Origin: Eledone cirrhosa | Lineage: Eukaryota | Direction of reading: 5' to 3' | NCBI GenBank assembly: GCA_964016885.1 | Contig: OZ024756.1 | Span: 37,572,001-37,636,000 of the forward strand | DNA length: 64,000 nt | Shown here: piece after piece, positions 1 through 13,407 of the stretch | Layout of the letters: every line of letters starts with the position of its first letter | Numbering within the stretch: position 1 is the first letter of the stretch | Position numbers and translations under genes: made by a program | Notes under the pieces: generated by a model | The model's input: only the letters and a program-made list of their open reading frames with translations | What the model was told of the DNA's origin: nothing | Databases searched by the model: none

Positions 1-96
1 CCACCACCACTACTACCACATATCAACTCAAAGAGGCTGTGTATATATGAATATATGAATGAGTGTGTGCCACACAAACACACACACACACATATA

Positions 97-352
97 TCAT
101 CATCACTGTTTAACGTCCATTTTTCCACACTAGCATGGGTTAGACGGGTTGTCCCGTTAGGGACAAGTTGGGTCAGGTGACTGTGCCTCGCTCATACAGA
201 ACTGTTTCTGGCTGGGTTTCTACAGCTGGATGCCCTTCCTAATGTCAACCAACCACATTTACAGTGTGTGCTGGGTGCTTTTTGTCATGACTCCTACATG
301 ACCACTTTACAGTGCGTGCTGGGTGCTTTTTGTCATGTCTCCTACATGACCA
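97..352 (-). mobile_element. SINE family C 3' fragment (GGAAGGGCATCCAGC domain, (GAT)n tail)
   Basis: Reverse complement of AGGAAGGGCATCCAGCTGTAGAAA...CCCATGCTAG...GGACGTTAAA-(GAT)n, repeated many times in the window. Confidence 0.75.
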
Positions 353-585
353 AAATTATCTAAGTGTGAATTGAAATTAAGAAAGACTGAGCCTTGATAT
401 GACAACATAGAGGTAATTTATATTACTGGAAATAGAAAAATATAGTCTTTGCACTTGCTATTACTATATATATATATATATATACATTCATATATATATA
501 TATATTTATCCACACACATGCACACTCACTCACATATATATATATATATACATTCATATATTATATATATATATATATATATACT

Positions 586-644
<59 letters not shown>

Positions 645-985
645 TTGTATATATACATATACATACATGCATGGATGGATGCATAAATACATACACACAC
701 ACACAAACACATACATACAAACAGTACACACACACATAGATACATACATACAGACATTTAGTGGCTGTGCAGTAATTTTCTGAATACAATAAGTCAAATA
801 TCTGTTTTTCAAAGATTAAATTAACTATTCTTGCATTTACCATTCATACAAAAGCCAGAGGGAGAGTCAGGGGAAGGGGAGGGTAGAGGGAAGGAGAGAG
901 GGGGAGAGTGGTGGGGAGGGGAAGAAAAGAGAGTGTGTGGTGCTTCATTCTAGAAACATCTGCTCTGACCATTACTTACACATAT

Positions 986-1082
<97 letters not shown>

Positions 1083-1159
1083 CATACACACATATATATA
1101 TACATATATACACACAGACACACATATATATACATATATACACACAGACATATATATAC

Positions 1160-1196
<37 letters not shown>

Positions 1197-1227
1197 CATA
1201 CACACATATATATACATATATACACAC

Positions 1228-1258
<31 letters not shown>

Positions 1259-1310
1259 TACACACACATATATATATATATATAGCACATATACATACAC
1301 ACATATATAT

Positions 1311-1363
<53 letters not shown>

Positions 1364-1364
1364 T

Positions 1365-1438
<74 letters not shown>

Positions 1439-1847
1439 TTATATATACACAGAGTGTTTGAATATATATTTACATCGTGTACAATGAATAGATATGCAAA
1501 TATGACTGTGTGTATGTGTATGTTTTATACGATAATTATTAATGTACATTTGTTTGCAAATATACATACATGCATGTGTACATACAAATATACATATAAA
1601 CATTCCTGAATATATACATGTATATACATACATATGTATATACATACATACCAACAAATGAATATATACATGTATATACATACATATGTATATACATACA
1701 TACAAATATACATACATGAACACATGCATACATATATATATGCATGCATACATACATACATACGTAGATGTGCATGTATGTATGTATATATGTATTCCTT
1801 TATATAAGGATATACACGTATTCACAACACAGGTATATGTATATGTA

Positions 1848-1898
<51 letters not shown>

Positions 1899-1987
1899 AT
1901 ATTTATTTATATATCTATATATTTATAAATATATATATTTATATATATATGCATACATATAGAGGTGCACACATATATAGTTGTGTA

Positions 1988-2019
<32 letters not shown>

Positions 2020-2242
2020 CATATATATATATGCACACACAGAACACACATATACTTTTGTTTATATACACATTATATACACAGGCCTCTCACAATCTAA
2101 TGACGTAGAAGAAATATTAATTATTTCTTTGAAAGACATTCAACATTCACAAATTCTTCCATTTACCAAATTCTTTCACCAAAGAGCTTCTCTGTTGTTT
2201 CAACAACAGCATCTAAGACTTGTCTTATATACAGCTGCTGTG

Positions 2243-3457
2243 GTAATGGTGGTGGTGGTGGTGGTGGTGGTGGTGGTGGTGGTGGTGGTGGTGGTGATGG
2301 TAATGGTGAGGCTGGTGGTGGTGGTTGTGGTGGTGGTGGTGGTGGTGGTGGTGGTGGTGGTGGTGGTGGTGGTGGTGGTGGTTGTGGTGGTGGTGGTGGT
2401 GGTGGTGGTGGTGGTGGTGGTGGTGGTGGTTGTGGTGGTGGTGGTGGTGGTGGTGGTGGTGTTGGTGGTTGTAGTGGTGGTGGTGGTGGTGGTGTTGGTG
2501 GTGTTGGTGGTTGTAGTGGTGGTGGTGGTGGTGGTGGTGGTGGTGGTGGTGGTGGTTGTGGTGGTGGTGGTGGTGGTGGTGGTGGTGTTGGTGGTTGTAG
2601 TGGTGGTGGTGGTGGTGGTTGTGGTGGTGGTGGTGGTGGTGGTGGTGGTGGTGGTGGTTGTGGTGGTGGTGGTGGTGGTGGTGGTGGTGGTGGTGGTGTT
2701 GGTGGTTGTAGTGGTGGTGGTGGTGGTGGTGTTGGTGGTGTTGGTGGTTGTAGTGGTGGTGGTGGTGGTGGTGGTGGTGGTGGTGGTGGTGGTGGTGGTG
2801 GTGGTTGTGGTGGTGGTGGTGGTGGTGGTGGTGGTTGTGGTGGTGGTGGTGGTGGTGGTGGTTGTAGTGGTGGTGGTGGTGGTGGTGGTTGTAGTGGTGG
2901 TGGTGGTGGTGGTGGTGCTGGTGTTGGTGGTGGTGGTTGTAGTGGTGGTGATGGTGGTGGTGGTGGTGGTGGTGGTTGTAGTGGTGGTGGTGGTGGTGAT
3001 GGTGGTGGTGATGTTGGTGGTGTTGGTGGTTGTAGTGGTGGTGGTGGTGGTGGTGGTGGTGGTGGTTGTAGTGGTGGTGGTGGTGGTGGTAGTGGTGGTG
3101 GTGGTGGTGGTGGTGGTGTTGGTTGTAGTGGTGGTAGTGGTGGTGGTGGTTGTAGTGGTGGTGGTGGTAGTGGTGGTGGTGGTGGTGGTGGTGGTGGTGG
3201 TGTTGGTTGTAGTGGTGGTAGTGGTGGTGGTGGTTGTAGTGGTGGTGGTGGTAGTGGTGGTGGTGGTGGTGGTGGTGGTGTTGGTGGTGGTAGTGGTGGT
3301 GGTGGTTGTAGTGGTGGTGGTGGTAGTGGTGGTGGTGGTGGTGGTGGTGGTGGTGGTGTTGGTTGTAGTGGTGGTAGTGGTGGTGGTGGTTGTAGTGGTG
3401 GTGGTGGTAGTGGTGGTGGTGGTGGTGGTGGTGGTGTTGGTGGTGGTAGTGGTGGTG
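2243..3457. repeat. (GGT)n trinucleotide array with GTT/GTA variants, ~1.2 kb
   Basis: Direct reading. Confidence 0.95.
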
Positions 3458-3477
3458 ATATATATATATATATATGT

Positions 3478-4190
3478 CCTCTGTGTGTGTGTGTCCCTAT
3501 GTACTTCTGTGTGTGTGTGTGTGTCCCTATGTAAGTCTGTGTGTGTGTGTCCCTATGTAAGTCTGTGTGTGTGTGTGTCCCTATGTAAGTCTGTCTGTCT
3601 GTGTCTGTGTCTGTGTGTGTGTGTCCCTATGTAAGTCTGTGTGTGTGTGTCTGTGTGTGTGTGTCCCTATATAAGTATGTCTGTGTGTGTCCCTATGTAA
3701 GTCTGTGTGTGTGCATGTGTGTGTGTGTCCCTATGTAAGTCTGTCTGTCTGTGTCTGTGTGTGTGTGTCCCTATGTAAGTCTGTGTGTGTCTGTGTGTGT
3801 CCCTATGTAAGTCTGTCTGTCTGTGTCTGTGTGTGTGTGTCCCTATGTAAGTCTGTGTGTGTCTGTGTGTGTCCCTATGTAAGTCTGTCTGTCTGTGTCT
3901 GTGTGTGTGTGTCCCTATATAAGTCTGTCTGTGTGTGTCTGTGTGTCCCTATGTAAGTCTGTCTGTCTGTGTCTGTGTGTGTGTGTCTCTATGTAAGTCT
4001 GTGTGTGTGTGTGTGTGCGTGCGTGTGTGTGTGTCTCTATGTAAGTCTGTCTGTGTGTGTGTGTGTGTGTGTCCCTATGTAAGTCTGTCTGTGTGTGTGT
4101 GTGTGTGTGTGTGTCCCTATGTAAGTCTGTCTGTGTGTGTGTGTGTGTGTGTGTGTCCCTATGTAAGTCTGTCTGTGTGTGTCTGTGTGT
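3478..4190. repeat. Minisatellite: CCCTATGTAAGTCT core separated by variable (TG)n/(TCTG)n, ~20 units
   Basis: Direct reading. Confidence 0.9.
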
Positions 4191-4353
4191 CAGTTAACCA
4201 CATGCCATTCTTTAATGTGATAAATTCTGGTCTAATTCCTCCAGAGACATCATAAGAAATGATGAAGAATTTAAATTAACATTGACAAAACTGTAACACT
4301 GTTTTTAATGAAGATGTCACAAATGTAAGCTCTACATACACACTAGTATACGC

Positions 4354-4384
<31 letters not shown>

Positions 4385-4419
4385 TGTATACACATATATA
4401 CATATATGTATACACATAT

Positions 4420-4764
4420 GGAGGCACATCGCTTAGTGGTTAGAGCATTGGCCTTGCAATCGAAAGGTTGTGAGTTCAATTCTCAGACCGGGTGATGTGT
4501 TGTTTCCTTGAGCAAGACACTTTATTTCACATTGCTCCAGTTTACTCAGCTGTAGAAATGAGATGATAGGGACTGGGTCCCTATCATTCCACTGCAAAGT
4601 GGTCGTGGAGGTGCCACGGCAAAAAAGCACCCACCACTCACTGTAAATGAGGTTGTTGTTAGGAAGGGCATCCAGCTGTAGAAATCAAGCCTGACTCAGT
4701 TCCCGTCCCACCCTTGCAAGCAGAGAAAAGCGGACGTAAAATGGTGATGATGATGATGATGATG
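4420..4764 (+). mobile_element. Full-length tRNA-derived SINE family B (tRNA head, CORE-like domain, Meta-like domain, RTE-type tail)
   Basis: A-box-like GCTTAGTGGTTAG, B-box GAGTTCAATTCTC, CCTTGAGCAAGACACTT...ACTCAGCTGTA, GGAAGGGCATCCAGC, (GAT)n tail; near-identical copies at 8309 and 14101. Confidence 0.85.
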
Positions 4765-4770
4765 ATATAC

Positions 4771-4803
<33 letters not shown>

Positions 4804-4812
4804 CATATATAG

Positions 4813-4922
4813 ATTTTGAGTATATGTTGGTTGTATACCAACACCTCAGTATGCAGGCTGGAGCACTCGACGAAGTGCGCAGGTTGGTTTGGTTACTCCG
4901 GAGTAATGTAAAATAAAGTAAA
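4813..4922 (-). mobile_element. Isolated tail of the hammerhead-bearing element at 34005-34547
   Basis: Near-identical to 34005-34110; flanked by (TA)n. Confidence 0.75.
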
Positions 4923-5088
4923 ATTGACTTTTTATTTTTCTTTATTTTATATGCATATATATATATATATGCATATATATATATATATATACATGTATAT
5001 ATATACATATATATATACATGTATATGTATACATATATATATATACATATATATATATATATGCATATATATATACATATATATAAAC

Positions 5089-5119
<31 letters not shown>

Positions 5120-5244
5120 CATATATATATACATATATATAAACATATATATATATATATAAACATATATATATACATATATATATATACATATATATAT
5201 ATACATATATATATACATATATATAAACATATATATATATAAAC

Positions 5245-5307
<63 letters not shown>

Positions 5308-5319
5308 ATACATATATAC

Positions 5320-5384
<65 letters not shown>

Positions 5385-5479
5385 CATATATATATACATA
5401 TACATATATATATATACAAATATATATACATATACATATGCACATATATAAATGCAATAAGGAAACACACAAACATAGC

Positions 5480-5697
5480 GCAGTGGATTGGCAGTATCGG
5501 TAGAGGGTCGGACACCTTGCTTTGCAGCACAGAGTTACGACCTTTTAGATTCTGAGTTCAAATCCTGCCGAGGTCAACTTTGCCTTTCATCCTTAAGGGG
5601 TCGATAAAAGTACCAGTAATGCACTTGGGTCGATTTAATTGACTTTCCTCTTTCCTCCCAAATATTGCTGGCCTTGTACCTAAAGTAGAAATAATTA
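5480..5697 (+). mobile_element. tRNA-derived SINE family A
   Basis: TGGCAGTATCGGT (A box), GAGTTCAAATCC (B box), GCCTTTCATCC...GGGGTCGATAAAA...GTACCAG, ATT tail; more than 12 copies in the window. Confidence 0.85.
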
Positions 5698-5815
5698 TAT
5701 TGCTTAAACTTTAATCTGTCATTTTAATAAATATTTGCTCTAGGGTTCTTATATATTTGATATATAGCTTATCGAGCCCTCTTTGGATTTATTATTACAA
5801 TAAAGAAATCATTAT

Positions 5816-6767
5816 TTGTCTTCAGACACTCACAGCCCTCGACCAATCGGGCAATGTGATCGGTGGAAATTCCACCTTGGTGTTCTATAGAGGATTAGTG
5901 GAGGGGAAGAGCGACGACGTACTTAGGGAAACGCTAGGCGTCGACGAAAATCAACTAGCCAATCTCTTCGGAAGAACTTTTGGGCCGGGGTCTATGGACA
6001 ACTTCCAGAAACCCCTGGCCTGGCAGTGCTACCGAGGAACTTTGCCAGTTCGGGATAAACTCTACAGGCATGGAGATGCCATCAGCCGGGCATGTCCGAG
6101 ATGTGCGCAGGGCGACGAAACCGTCCTGCACGCACTCGTCCAGTGTCCGAGCATTGCTGACTTGTGGGTTTATGTCGAACACCTGCTGTCGCTTGTGGGA
6201 CGGATCCGGCTATCAGCTGAGTCCATCGTGAGGATTGCCCCGCCCTCTTCCTTTAGCCGGAAAGGGCAGGCAGTGTTTATCTGTTTGGTGGCCATGGTGA
6301 AAGAGATAGTATGGTGGACACGTTTGAAAGGGCTGAAGACGAGCACTTACCTCTTCGGTGATGCCCTGATTAACTTTTTCAAATTTCATTTGAAAAGGAA
6401 AATCAGGGTAGAGAGGGAAGTGCTCTCTTCCCAGCATTTTGTTGAAAGATGGGTGAGAGAGGCAAGAATGGCCCAAGTGAATGGGCCTACTCTGAGTATG
6501 TGTCTGTAAATTAAAGGTGGAAAACTGGGAGAGGGCACTTGCCCTGGTGGTCAGGGTCACTGTGGCTTTTCAATGGGCTTTCTCCACGAATGTCCCTCGG
6601 AAGTCTCCCCCCTATTGGGGTATTTTTTCATTGTTCTATTATTACATCCTCTGTTTCTTGTTTTTTTTTACACGCAGAAATGCCCTTTTGTACCGTCCTG
6701 TATTGTCCTGTACTGTTCTTAATGTCTACTTTGTGTAAACCCTTGTGATTAATAAAGAAATCATTAT
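5816..6767 (+). mobile_element. 5'-truncated Tx1/L1-clade LINE: ORF2 C-terminus with zf-RVT, plus 3' UTR
   Basis: ORF 5757-6509 has LAWQCYRGTLPVRDKLYRHG...CPRC...ETVLHALVQC...W (zf-RVT pattern); AATAAA at 6751; 17-bp direct repeat 5799-5815/6751-6767. Confidence 0.85.
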
Positions 6768-6809
6768 CATTACTATCATTATTATTAATATTATTATTAT
6801 TATTATTAC

Positions 6810-6849
<40 letters not shown>

Positions 6850-6898
6850 TAGAGAGAGAGACAGAGAGATAGAGAGTGATATATATATCTATCTATAC

Positions 6899-6984
<86 letters not shown>

Positions 6985-7013
6985 GAATATGTATATATAC
7001 AGTATATATACAG

Positions 7014-7044
<31 letters not shown>

Positions 7045-7584
7045 AAACACACACACTCATATATATATATTGTACATTATTAGCAGAAATTTTCAGCTGT
7101 CCACAACACTGAAATATATAGATGTCTCTTTAGAGATAATAATACATAAATATGAATAAAACTGTTTCTATTTCAGGAGTTCCCAATAGTAAGTGGTGAT
7201 TAATTGTTTTGGTCTAATTCATATATCATTTGCAATGATCATTTCGGAAAACCTCATCCAGAAGTTGTTGATGTCTTTGTTCTTATTTATTTTTCTATTT
7301 GTGAATTGTTTGACTCTTTTACTTCTTTCAGTCATTAGACTGTGGACATGCTGGGGCTCAGATTTGATTTACACCTCTCCAAGACAATGTCACTGGACCG
7401 AGATCTTTGGCGCTACACAGTAATACAGAAGACCCGCCTTACCTAAGTACAAAGTGAAACCTACTACAGTCAGTAGGCACCTCTAACAAAAATACTCCCC
7501 GTCCCATTCCCCCCACCTCATCCACACCACCCCCTTAAATGTGAAGTTATGTTGGTACCACAACATCCAGTCCGAAACGAATGA

Positions 7585-7836
7585 GGTCGTGTAGGTGTCA
7601 CGACAAAAAAAACACACAGTCCACGCTGTAATGTGGCCGTGTAGGTAACACAGTAAAAACCTCCCAGTCCACACTGTAAACGTGGTTGGTGTTAGGAAGG
7701 GCATCCAGCCGTAGAAAACCCGCCATACAGTCCTATGCGAGCAAGACAACCACTCTTGCCTCAAGTGGGAAAACTCCCGTCCAAACCCATGCAAGCGTGG
7801 AAGATGGACGTTAAACGATGATGATGATGATGATGA
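7585..7836 (+). mobile_element. SINE family C 3' fragment
   Basis: GGAAGGGCATCCAGCCGTAGAAAAC...GGACGTTAAACGATGATG. Confidence 0.75.
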
Positions 7837-8104
7837 TATATATATATATAATTCAGCGAGAATCATATTTCGGGTGGTAGAAAAAGCGAAACGAAACGCA
7901 AAATCGTAGAAATGCTGGCAAGCGCTCCAATAGTTAAGAAAAACTAGAGCTAAACAATAAGTTAAAACGCCATACAAACTGAAAAAGTGGTTAAGAAGGC
8001 ATTAACCACATAAGCCAAAAAACAAATCAAGCTAAACAGGTCAAACAAAATAAATGATAAAAACCGACCTGGACCCAAATGGAATTGGTGGTATATATAT
8101 ATAT

Positions 8105-8263
8105 CCCAGTCCACACTCTAAACGTGGTTGGTGTTAGGAAGGGCATCCAGCCGTAGAAAACCTGCCAGACAGTCCTATATGAGCAAGACAACCAATCATG
8201 CCTCAAGTGGGACAATTCCCGTCTAAACCTATGCTAGTGTGGAAGATAGATGTTAAACGATGA
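8105..8263 (+). mobile_element. SINE family C 3' fragment
   Basis: Same motifs as the 7585 copy. Confidence 0.75.
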
Positions 8264-8308
8264 TATATATATGTATATATATATGTATATATATATATGT
8301 ACATATAT

Positions 8309-8650
8309 GGAGGCACATGGCTTAGTGGTTAGAGCATTGGCCTTGCAATCGAAAGGTTGTGAGTTCAATTCTCAGACCGGGTGATGTGTTGTTTCCTTGA
8401 GAAAGACACTTTATTTCACATTGCTCCAGTTTACTCAGCTGTAGAAATGAGATGATAGGGACTGGGGTCCCTATCATTCCACTGCAAAGTGGACGTGTAG
8501 GCGCCACGGAAAAAAGCACCCAGCACTCACTGTAAATGGTGTTAGGAAGGGCATCCAGCTGTAGAAATCAAGCCATAATCAGTTCCCGTCCCACCCTTGC
8601 AAGCAGGGAAAAGCGGACGTAAAATGAAATGATGATGATGATGATGATGA
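8309..8650 (+). mobile_element. Full-length SINE family B
   Basis: Near-identical to 4420-4764. Confidence 0.85.
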
Positions 8651-8669
8651 TATATATATATATTTGCCG

Positions 8670-8856
8670 TTTAGGTAACATGGTAAAAAGTTCCCAGTTC
8701 CACACTGTAAATGTGGTTGGTGTTAGGAAGGGCATCCAGCCATAGAAAACCTGCCAGATAGTCCTATATGAGCGACCAACCTTGCCTCAAGTGGGACAAC
8801 TCCCGTCTAACCCATGCTAGCGTGGAAAATGGACGTTAAACGAAGATGATGATGAT
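8670..8856 (+). mobile_element. SINE family C 3' fragment
   Basis: Same motifs as the 7585 copy. Confidence 0.7.
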
Positions 8857-8919
8857 ATGTATGTATATATGATAACAGAGATGTTATCATAACATCTCTG
8901 TCTGATGACTGATCCATAA

Positions 8920-9074
8920 ATGGCTGCTCATACTGATGTTAAGGTATTGTTCTCAAAATAAATAACATCAAAATCTCATAGATTCGATATTATGTGAAAT
9001 AATTATGTAAGATAAAGCCTTTATCACAAAAATATAATAGTAAATATATAGTGTAATGCAAATGCTAAAGGGTT
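8920..9074 (+). mobile_element. Partial piggyBac-type MITE (right half)
   Basis: Aligns with 42470-42612; ends GCTAAAGGGTTA. Confidence 0.7.
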
Positions 9075-9569
9075 ATACTGAAAAGGTTCCACTCATAAGT
9101 CATTGGTCCCTCTGAGGCTACAGTAGGTCTGTGTCAGAATCCAAGAGGTTACAGCATCTATTCCTTAACCACACAGCTATGTCTGTGCTGGTATGAGTGA
9201 AGTTGTATATGTGTATGTTTGGTTCCAGATGTATGGTACCTCTGTGGATTTCTCTATATGTTTATATTTGTGTGTGTGTGTGTGTGTGTGTGTGCACGCG
9301 CGCGTGTGCGTGTGTGTGAGTGTGCATGTGTGTGTGCATGTATTTTTCTCTGGCTCTGCTTCTGTATGTGTAGATTTGTGTATGTGTATTTGTATAAATG
9401 TGTGTATATATGTATGGATCTCTATGTATCTATGTATATATGTACTTATATATAAGTGTGTGTGTGTATGTGTATACACACTCACATATACATCATCATC
9501 ATCATCATCATTTTACGTCCACTTTTCCCTGCTTGCAAGGGTATATATATATATATACATACACACACA

Positions 9570-9612
<43 letters not shown>

Positions 9613-9661
9613 GTATATATAAACATACATATATGTGTGTATAAGTATGTGTATGTATGCA

Positions 9662-9728
<67 letters not shown>

Positions 9729-10027
9729 CTGTACAGGTGTGTATTATACAATGTGACATTCATGACAATCTAACAATACAATTTGACATTTTAAGTAGTT
9801 GTGAGAATGTCAAAAATGGACATCATCATTGCTACTACCACCACCACCACCTCCACTCCCCCAAAATACCACCGCCACTACTGTATCAACTACCTCCTCA
9901 CCACTAATACTATCACCATGGTCACTACTCTCATCCACCACACCACCACCACCACCACCATCTTTGATATTTTTCAAATTTTGGCAATCAAGAGAATAAG
10001 ATTCTTTACATTTTTACTAATGTACAG

Positions 10028-10037
10028 AGTAGCAGTA

Positions 10038-10089
<52 letters not shown>

Positions 10090-10173
10090 CAGTAGTAGTA
10101 GTAGTAGTAGTAGAAGTAGCAGTAGCAGCAGCAGTAGCAGTATTAGTAGTAGTAGCAGCAGTAGTAGTGGTAA

Positions 10174-10221
<48 letters not shown>

Positions 10222-10305
10222 CAATAGCAGCAGTAGTAGTAGTAGTAGTAGTAGTAGTAACCAGCAGCAGCAATAGCAGCAGGCACAACAGTAGTAGTAG
10301 CAGCA
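10028..10305. repeat. (TAG)n/(CAG)n array
   Basis: Direct reading. Confidence 0.9.
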
Positions 10306-10589
10306 GTACTGCAGTGAGTGTATTGACTGTGAAAATATGCAAGTGTATGATGTTATCTGCACCTTTGATGCAGCAACTGCAATCTCTGTCTGCAAACATC
10401 AAATAAAACATAGTTTATATAATATTCAGACCATCTGCAGCATGACTTGATTGCAGTGATTGTTTCCAGACTATTTATATCACACATTTCACATCTACAT
10501 ATTCTAGACCTCACACATTTCATATATATTTCACATGTCACATAGCCCATATTTCACATGCCATGTTTCACATTTCACATCATATATTT

Positions 10590-10842
10590 CATATCCACAT
10601 ATCCTACACATCACACATTTCACATATATTTTACATTCAACATATCTATACACGACACATTTCACATATATTTTACATTCAACATATCCTATACATCACA
10701 CATTTCACATACATTTTACATTCAACATATCCTACACATCACACATTTCACATATATTTTACATTCAACATATCCTACACGACACATTTCACATATTTTA
10801 CATTCAACATATCCTACACATCACACATATATTTTACATTCT
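10590..10842. repeat. ~43-bp minisatellite CATCACACATTTCACATATATTTTACATTCAACATATCCTACA, ~6 units
   Basis: Direct reading. Confidence 0.85.
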
Positions 10843-11018
10843 ATGTATATCTTTTCAATATTTATCTATCTTTCTATCTATCTATCTATCTAAATATCTA
10901 TCTAAATATATATATATATATATAACCAAAAGTTAAACAAGGTTCATTGATTAATCAATGAATATAGTTTTACAATAGATTAGAAGCACTCAACAAAAAA
11001 AGTTTTCTGGAGTTATTA

Positions 11019-11301
11019 ATATTAATTCAAAATATTAATAAATATAGACATTCACGTAATCAAAATATATTTTATTATATATATTTAGGAGGTACTGTGC
11101 TGTTTTTTCAGTACGTCCTCATCAGATAAAATATATAAATTGATGTATGACATACCTCAACTGTGCTGTGCTCAACATCAGCACAGTTGAGGTATGTCAT
11201 ACATCAATTTATATATTTTATCTGATCAGGACGTACTGAAAAAACAGCACAGTACCTCCTAAATATATATAATAAAATATATTTATTAATATTTTGAATT
11301 A

Positions 11302-11305
<4 letters not shown>
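11019..11305. repeat. Long fold-back palindrome (core arms 11064-11168/11179-11283, 10-nt loop)
   Basis: Core arms are reverse complements with one mismatch (CTCATCAG vs CTGATCAG); outer extension carries a ~20-nt indel. Confidence 0.9.
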
Positions 11306-11346
<41 letters not shown>

Positions 11347-11793
11347 ACTGCAGGTATTCTCTTCTTCACCTGAGAGCTGGAGGAGGTGGTGGTGAAGGTG
11401 GTGGTGGTGGTATTGATGATGATGGTGGTGAAGGATGTGGTGGTGGTGGTGGTGGTGATGATGATGGTGAAGATGGGGTGGTGGTGATGGTGAAGGTGGT
11501 GGTGATGATCATGATGATGATGATGATGGCAATGAAGGTGGTGATGGTGGTGATGATAACACTATTTCCGACAGCATGTCACTTCCAGCAGTGCCTGGAA
11601 ACATAAGTCTACCAGGGAATGTACTTAGAAAGGTTTAGAAAGAATACATGTTGTGATGGAGATACACACACACACACACACACAGGCATGTATGTATGTA
11701 TGTATCTATGTAGATATGTATGTACGTATGTATACACATACTGTGTATGCATATGTGTATATATATATCTAACATCATTATTTAAAGAGATGT

Positions 11794-11980
11794 TGGATTG
11801 GCAGTATCGGTAGAGAGTCGGACACCATGCTTTGAAGCATAGAGTTTCGTCCCCTTATGATCTGAGTTCAAATCCCGCCGAGGTTAACTTTGCCTTTCAT
11901 CCTTACGGGGTCGATAAAATAAAGTACCAGTAATGTACTGTAGTAATTGCTGGCCTTGTGCCTAAAATAGAAACAATTAT
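11794..11980 (+). mobile_element. SINE family A with 18-bp target-site duplication
   Basis: ATTATTTAAAGAGATGTT at 11777-11794 and 11976-11993. Confidence 0.85.
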
Positions 11981-12394
11981 TTAAAGAGATGTTTGATTCT
12001 GATTCCCTCTCTCTCTCACTTTCTATCTTTCTCTGGAAGAAATCTGTTGTATTCAGGCCTGGAAAGGGATAGGCTCTGCTAGGCTTAAAATGCCCACGAA
12101 ACGGGACCATACATACATAAACACACTGACATACATACATACACATATATATATAGTAATATATTCTTTGCTTAAACTTTAATCTGTTATTTTAATATAT
12201 ATATATATATATATATATAGTAAGGTTCATTATTGGTTGTGTAAAATGGTCCAATAACTTTATGTTAGCAATATTAAGTTCTCCACGCTTTTGTATATCT
12301 CCAATTCCATTCAAGGGAACAGCTAGATGATGTAAAACGGAGTATAAGTATCAAAATAAAAATCCGAAGGCCAGGTAAAATTCCAATCATTTAA

Positions 12395-12468
12395 TCACGA
12401 CACATGTTTCAATAAGAGATAGATCGATTGTGAAGCCATGATCGATTATCACTGATCTCATCAGGTGA
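12395..12468 (-). ncRNA. Type I hammerhead ribozyme motif with long stem II
   Basis: Minus strand TCAC-CTGATGA-[47-nt imperfect hairpin]-GAAA-CATGTG-TC-GTGA. Confidence 0.75.
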
Positions 12469-12540
12469 AAATGAATTGTCTTGAAATTCTTGATATGAGG
12501 GAGAAAAATAATGATGTTCTCTCACAGAATTCATTCCCTC

Positions 12541-12608
<68 letters not shown>

Positions 12609-12949
12609 TTAACGTTGTTCATCGTTCGGAGTCAAAGACAATCATGACTTCAATGTTTGGTGGAGGATCTTTGGCAAGTTTTATCCAAGAATCTTCATTA
12701 CATGTCCCCTTACATGTTCCAAGCACCAGACAGATAATGAAAAGAGTTAGTTATATTACTAAATCCCTCAAATTATTGAATATTTTCAAAAGTATTTGGA
12801 AAGCCATAGACAATGTCTTTCCTTAGAAATATGATAGCAAAAGGGTTAAAGTGCTTATATTTATTTAAAAACCCTTGCACCATAATTCTATGTGAGAATC
12901 TTTATTACATTATGTTGAAAACATCAACTTAATAATTGGAAATTTAGTT

Positions 12950-13386
12950 ATGGTACTTGGGAGGAAAAGCCCAGCGCCCACTTACTCCCTCCACAACACT
13001 AATATCAAGAAGTCTTCTTGTGAACATGACCTGGGCATTATCGTCAGCAGCAATTTGCATTGGACGAAGCACGTCTCTCAAATTGTCAAGAAGGCCGAGG
13101 GTGTCTTAGCATCACTCAGGAAGACCTTTGTCAGCCAATCTCCAGCTATCTATTTAAAGCTGTATATAGCTATGGTGCGGCTACACTTAGAATTTACATC
13201 ACCAGTCTGGAACCCCTATCTTGCTCAGAACGTTGACCTTCTGGAAACTGTTCAGAGACGTGAAACCAAGCGAATACCCTCCATCAGGCATCTACCATAC
13301 TCTGAACGCCTTGATTATGTACTATACATGCACCTTTGATGAGTTGTAGTGCACCTGAGCACTGTACACAATAATTTCATTATTAT
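12950..13386 (+). mobile_element. CR1-type LINE RT C-terminal fragment, internally deleted, with 3' end
   Basis: EHDLGIIVSSNLHW..HV...VKKA...LYIAMVRLHLEFTSPVWNPY......LETVQRR.TKRIP.IRHLPYSERL. Confidence 0.85.
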
Positions 13387-13407
13387 TTTTTCAATCCATG
13401 GCACATA

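Noticed and set aside
1847-3634. 595-aa poly-Val ORF and the many YI/VC/poly-T/poly-H ORFs across the window
   Set aside because: Simple-repeat translations with no domain content
3478-4190. CRISPR-like constant core with variable spacers (also 37955 and 49572)
   Set aside because: Spacers are microsatellite or mutually homologous; no cas genes; eukaryotic context
4420-4490. tRNA-like sequences with A/B boxes
   Set aside because: They are SINE heads continuing into repeat bodies, without a complete cloverleaf
7161-7423. Apparent 12-nt micro-exon and a following exon
   Set aside because: The second acceptor lies in an inverted SINE tail; there is no supporting frame or homology
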